DNA of 64,000 bases from an uncultured Gemmatimonadales bacterium (lineage in GTDB: Bacteria; Gemmatimonadota; Gemmatimonadetes; Gemmatimonadales; Gemmatimonadaceae). The DNA lies in assembly GCA_963701965.1 (NCBI GenBank), contig OY969695.1, positions 256,001 through 320,000 of the forward strand, read 5' to 3'. How positions within the stretch are numbered: the stretch's first letter is position 1; each line of letters begins with the position of its first letter. This document shows positions 59,378-64,000 of the stretch, piece after piece. The notes beneath the pieces were generated by a model. The model searched no databases. It was not told the DNA's origin and was given only the letters and a program-made list of their open reading frames with translations. The position numbers and the translations under genes were made by a program.

Positions 59378-59441
59378 TTGACAAGGCGGCAGGGTCCTCC
59401 TAGACTTCAAAATATGGACCGCATGTTCCGATTTATGGAAC
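59378..59441 (+). promoter_or_regulatory. Sigma70 promoter with downstream palindromic operator (CoA-transferase operon)
   Basis: TTGACA (59378), 17 nt, TAGACT (59401). Operator GTTCCGATTTATGGAAC (59425-59441). Confidence 0.75.
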
Positions 59442-59451
59442 AGAAAGAGAC

Positions 59452-60634
59452 ATGAACGACCCCGCGTCGATCGCCCTTCCCCTCGCCGGCGTGCGGGTGA
59501 TCGAGTTCTGCTCGGTCGCCGCGGGACCCTTCTGCGGCATGCTGCTCGCCGACATGGGCGCCGACGTACTGAAGATCGAGCCGCCCTCGGGCGACGCGCT
59601 GCGCACCTGGCCGCCGATCAACGACGGCTTCAGCGAGAACTTCGCGTCGATCAACCGCAACAAGCGCTCGGCGGTCCTCGACCTCAAGCTGCCGGAGCAT
59701 GCCGAGGCGGCGCGCAGGCTCTGCGCAGACGCCGACGTGGTGATCGAGAACAACCGGCCCGGCGTGATGGACCGGCTCGGCCTCGGCTACGAGCGGCTCT
59801 CGGGCGCGAACCCGAAGCTCGTCTACTGCTCGATCTCGGCCTTCGGCCAGAGCGGGCCGCGCGCCGCCGAGGGCGGCTTCGACTTGACGATCCAGGCCGC
59901 CGCGGGCGTGATGAGCGTCACCGGCGAGTCCGACGACGTGCCGGTGAAGTGCGGCGTGCCGTTGTCGGATTTCGCCTCGGGCTTATACGGCGCGTTTTCG
60001 ATCGCGAGCGCGCTCCTCGCGGCGCGCGGCACGGGTGCCGGCGCGTGGCTCGACATCCCGATGTTCGGCTGCACGCTCGCGATCAGCGCGCTGCAGACGA
60101 GCGAGTACTTCGGCACCGGCCAGAGCCCGAAGAAGCTCGGCTCGGCGCATCCGCGAAACGCTCCGTACCAGGCGTTCCGCGCCGCGGACGGCTACTTCGT
60201 CGATCGCCGCGGGCAACGACGGTCTGTGGCGGGCCGTGCTGCGCGCGGTCGACAACGAACTGCTCGCCGACGATCCGCGCTTCCTTACGCCGACGCTGCG
60301 CGCGAAGAACCAGGTCGCGCTTAAGGAGATCCTCGAGCTGCGCTTCGTCGAGCGCGACGTCGCGCACTGGATCGAGACCTTCCGCGCCGCGGGCGTGCCG
60401 CATTCGCGGATCAACACCTACGCCGAGGCGCTCGCCGATCCGCAGGTCGAGGCGATGGGCTGGGTGCAGGAGATCGAGCTGCCGTCGGGCGCTCGCACGC
60501 GCACCTTCGCGTCGCCGATCCGCATCAACGGCAAGAACCTGCCGATCTTGCAGCGCCCGCCGGCGCTCGGCGAGCACTCCGACGACGTGTTGCGGCAGGC
60601 GGTCCGCGAGGCGGATTCGATCCTGCAGCCCTGA
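59452..60634 (+). CDS. Family III CoA-transferase (CaiB/BaiF), frameshift near 60200
   Basis: AGPFCGMLLADMGADVLKIE, NRNKRS, ENNRPG, PLSD (catalytic Asp) and PPALGEH. Confidence 0.93.
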
Positions 60635-60654
60635 ACTTCCGGAAGGATGGCTCC

Positions 60655-61212
60655 ATGCGCAGCGACCCCTTGGCCGATTTCGTTCAGCGTCTCGAGGGGA
60701 TAGTCTCGCGGGACGCGCGCAGCGAGGACGCCGTCCTCGGCGAGGTGCGCGAGGCGATGCGGGCGCTGGTCGCGATGGACGACTGGCTGCCCGAGCCGTT
60801 CACCCGGCCCGACGCGGAGCGCTACCGGCAGTATCTGCTCCATGCCGACCCGGACGACCGCTTCTGCGTCGTCAGCTTCGTCTGGGGCCCGGGCCAGCAC
60901 ACGCCGATCCACGACCACTGCGCCTGGGGTGTGATCGGCATGCTGCGCGGCGCCGAGGTGACGACGTCGTTCAGCGAGTCGGCGTCGGGGATGCAGCAGG
61001 GCGAGGAGCTGACCCTTCGGCCCGGCGACGTTGCGGTGGTCGGGCCGAGCGTCGGCGACATCCACAAGGTGCGCAACGCCTACGCCGACCGCGTCTCGAT
61101 CAGCATCCACGCCTACGGCACGAACATCGGCAAGCAGGTCCGCCACGTCTTCGACGTGCAGTCGGGCGCACGCAAGGACTTCGTCTCCGGCTACTCGAAC
61201 GCCGCCGCATGA
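60655..61212 (+). CDS. Gln-type thiol dioxygenase (3-mercaptopropionate dioxygenase-like)
   Basis: YRQYLLH, SFVWGPGQ.TPIHDH, DIHKV, SISIHAYG and FVSGYSN. Confidence 0.88.
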   Translation: MRSDPLADFVQRLEGIVSRDARSEDAVLGEVREAMRALVAMDDWLPEPFTRPDAERYRQYLLHADPDDRFCVVSFVWGPGQHTPIHDHCAWGVIGMLRGAEVTTSFSESASGMQQGEELTLRPGDVAVVGPSVGDIHKVRNAYADRVSISIHAYGTNIGKQVRHVFDVQSGARKDFVSGYSNAAA

Positions 61213-61976
61213 CGACGCCCGAGCTCGCGGTCGGCTGGAGCGACGACGGCGTCTGTACCGCCACGCTCAACCGTCCCGGCGCCGGCAACGCGCTCTCGGC
61301 CGGGCTCGTCGCCGCGCTCGGCTCCGTCGTCGACGCGGCGGCCGGGCGGCAGGCGCGCCTGCTCGTGCTGCGCGGCGAGGGTCGCCACTTCTGCACCGGC
61401 TTCGATCTTTCGCAGGTCGACGACGAGAGCGACGACTCGCTGCTCGCCCGCTTCTGCCGCGTCGAGATGATGCTGCAGAAGGTGCATCGCGCCCCTTTCC
61501 CGACACTCGCGCTCGCGCACGGCCGCACGATTGGCGCGGGCGCCGACCTGTTCGCCGCGTGCACGCACCGCCTCGCCGCCCCGGGGACGCAGTTCGCGTT
61601 TCCCGGCGCGTCGGGCTTCGGCCTCGTCCTCGGCACGCGCCGCCTGGTGCAGCGCGTCGGCGCCGAACGCGCGCGGCGCTGGGTCGAGCCGGGCGCAACG
61701 ATCGGCTTCGACGAGGCGCTCACGGCGGGCCTCGCCACCGGCGCGCTTGCCGACGCGTCGGGCGCCGCAGACATCGTCCGCTGCCTCGGCGCTGACACGT
61801 CGGGCGCCGCCAACCCCTTCCTCGGCTCGGCGCTCGACGCCGCCGATCCGGTTCATGATCACGCCGACCTCGCAGTGCTCGTCCGCTCGGCGGCCGTGCC
61901 CGGGCTGAAGGCGCGGATCGCCGCGTACGTCGAGCGCGGCAGGCAGCAGCGTCATTCCACTTCTTCACCTTCGTAG
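61209..61976 (+). CDS. Crotonase-fold (enoyl-CoA hydratase/isomerase family) protein with non-canonical catalytic residues
   Basis: [24 protein letters not shown] and FAFPG; start overlaps the dioxygenase stop. Confidence 0.85.
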   Translation: MTTPELAVGWSDDGVCTATLNRPGAGNALSAGLVAALGSVVDAAAGRQARLLVLRGEGRHFCTGFDLSQVDDESDDSLLARFCRVEMMLQKVHRAPFPTLALAHGRTIGAGADLFAACTHRLAAPGTQFAFPGASGFGLVLGTRRLVQRVGAERARRWVEPGATIGFDEALTAGLATGALADASGAADIVRCLGADTSGAANPFLGSALDAADPVHDHADLAVLVRSAAVPGLKARIAAYVERGRQQRHSTSSPS

Positions 61977-61984
61977 AGATCGCC

Positions 61985-63531
61985 ATGGCTTCGCAAACTT
62001 CCCTGAAAGACGACACCTTCACCCTGCTCGCGCGCCTCGGCGTGAGCGCGGGTCAACTCGAAGACGGCAGCCTCGCCGCAACGACGCCCATCACCGGCGA
62101 GACGATCGCCCGGCTGCCGGAGATGTCCGCCGCCGACGCGACCGCGCGCGATCGGCGCCGCGCACGCAGGCGTTCCTCGAGCCTGGCGCAAGGTCCCGGC
62201 GCCGCGCCGCGGCGAGCTGGTCCGCCTGCTCGGCGAGGAGCTGCGCGCCGCGAAGGCCGATCTCGGCCGCGCTGGTCACGCTCGAGGCCGGCAAGATCGT
62301 CTCCGAGGGCCTCGGCGAGGTGCAGGAGATGATCGACATCTGCGACTTCGCCGTCGGCCTGTCGCGCCAGCTCTACGGCCTGACGATCGCCACCGAGCGG
62401 CCGGACCACCGCATGATGGAGACCTGGCATCCGCTCGGCGTGGTCGGCGTCATCTCGCGCCTTCAACTTCCCGGTCGCGGTCTGGGCGTGGAACGCGGCG
62501 CTGGCGCTGGTCTGCGGCGACACCGTGGTCTGGAAGCCGTCGGAGAAGACGCCGCTGACCGCGCTCGCCGTGCCAGGCGCTGTTCGAGCGCGCGGCGGCG
62601 CAGCTTCGGCGACGCGCCGACGGGCCTCTCGGCCCTGCTGATCGGCGGCCGCGACGTCGGCGAGGCGCTGGTCGACGCATCCGCGGTCGCCGCTGGTCTC
62701 GGCGACCGGCTCGACCGCGATGGGCCGCGCGGTCGGCGCCGCGCGCTCGCCGCAGCGCTTCGCCCGCTCGCTCCTCGAGCTCGGCGGCAACAACGCCGCG
62801 ATCGTCTGCCCGTCGGCCGACCTCGACCTGGCGCTGCGCGGCGTCGCCTTCGCCGCCATGGGCACCGCCGGCCAGCGCTGCACGACGCTGCGCCGCCTGT
62901 TCGTCCACGAGAGCGTCTACGACGAGCTTCTGCCGCGCGCTGAAGCGACGCCTATCGGCACGTGCAGGTCGGCGATCCGCGCGAGGCCGGCACGCTGGTC
63001 GGCCCGCTGATCGACGAAGGGCGCCTTCGACGCGATGCAGCGCGCGCTGGACGCAGGCGAAGGGCGCCGGCGGCCACGGTCACCGGCGGCGAGCGCGTCG
63101 CCGCCGACGGTGCCGCCGACGCCTTCTACGTCCGCCCGGCGCTGGTCGAGATGCCGGCGCAGGCCGAGGTCGTGCAGCGCGAGACCTTCGCGCCGATCCT
63201 CTACGTCATGCGCTACTCGCGACCTCGACGAGGCGATCGCGCCTGCACAACGACGTGCCGCAGGGCCTGTCGTCGTCGATCTTCACCAACGACCTGCGCG
63301 AGGCCGAGCTCTTCCTCTCGGCGCGCGGCTCCGACTGCGGCATCGCCAACGTCAACATCGGCCCCTCGGGCGCCGAGATCGGCGGCGCGTTCGGCGGCGA
63401 GAAGGAGACCGGCGGCGGCCGCGAGTCGGGCTCCGACAGCTGGAAGGCCTACATGCGCCGCGCCACCAACACGATCAACTACGGCCGCGACGCTGCCGCT
63501 GGCCCAGGGCGTCAAGTTCGACGTCGACTAA
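61985..63531 (+). CDS. Aldehyde dehydrogenase, ALDH7/AmaB (piperideine-6-carboxylate dehydrogenase-like), frameshifted
   Basis: [44 protein letters not shown] and [17 protein letters not shown]. Confidence 0.9.
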
Positions 63532-63538
63532 GCGGGCG

Positions 63539-64000
63539 ATGAAGCTCGACACGCTGCTCGTCCACGCGGGTCGGGATCCCGATCGCTTCGAAGGATTGGT
63601 GAACGCGCCCGTGACGCGGGCGTCGACAATCCTGCATCCCGACATGGCGTCGTTCAACGCCGCCGCGTCGAACAAGCACGGGGTTCCCTACTACGGCCGA
63701 TACGGCACCTCGATCTCGAAGCTGCTCGCCGAGGCGTGCGCCGAGTTGGACGGCGCCGCGGGCGCTGTGCTCTTCCCTCGGGCTTGGCGGCGATCGCCGG
63801 CACCCTCTCGGCTTTGCTCAAGCCCGGCGGCCACCTGCTGGTGGTCGACTCGGTTTACGCGCCGGTGCGCGACCTGTGCGAAAAGGTCCTGGAGCAGCAG
63901 CGCATCGCGGTCACCTTCTACCCGCCCGACGCCGGCGCCGGCATCGCTGCTCAAATCCGGCCCGAGACACAGGCAATCTATTGCGAAGCGCCCGGCTCGC
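63539..64000 (+). CDS. metC: Cystathionine beta-lyase-like PLP C-S lyase, 5' part; runs off the window end
   Basis: [35 protein letters not shown] and YCEAPGS. Confidence 0.8.
   Translation, partial: MKLDTLLVHAGRDPDRFEGLVNAPVTRASTILHPDMASFNAAASNKHGVPYYGRYGTSISKLLAEACAELDGAAGAVLFPRAWRRSPAPSRLCSSPAATCWWSTRFTRRCATCAKRSWSSSASRSPSTRPTPAPASLLKSGPRHRQSIAKRPAR

Larger units (their letters stand above)
41288..64000. mobile_element. Putative tRNA-Lys-anchored genomic island (catabolic cargo); far boundary and integrase not in the window
   Basis: att-like junction at the tRNA 3' end. Abrupt switch from housekeeping to catabolic/transport genes. Visibly more A/T-ending codons over about 41.3-52 kb. Confidence 0.55.

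Overview
High-GC bacterial chromosome segment whose gene content and order suggest Betaproteobacteria/Burkholderiales. Many single-base indels split even essential genes (glnS, nadD, tolB), so most frameshifts are probably long-read assembly errors. Positions 1-41,100 look like core genome: peptidase, GMC oxidoreductase, PLD, stress genes, glnS, a LytS/LytTR pair, yebC-purD-hemF-nadD-rsfS-rlmH-maf-rng, a CDP-sugar/C-methyltransferase surface-glycan cluster, msbA and tolB-pal-cpoB-tcdA. Two tandem tRNA-Lys genes follow. Directly after tRNA-Lys(CTT) are an IHF consensus site and phased 11-bp-spaced repeats resembling integrase arm sites. Then comes a catabolic accessory region of more than 22 kb: amidase, two family-5 ABC importers, an atypical cyclic amidohydrolase, a CxxC mini-protein plus CobW, a BisC-like Mo enzyme, and a CoA-transferase/thiol dioxygenase/atypical crotonase/ALDH7/C-S lyase operon. 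Four promoters in this region carry the same TTCC-N7-GGAA-type palindrome just downstream of the -10 element. This suggests one co-regulated and probably undescribed catabolic pathway for a sulfur- and amide-containing compound. No CRISPR array, rRNA, integrase or transposase was seen.
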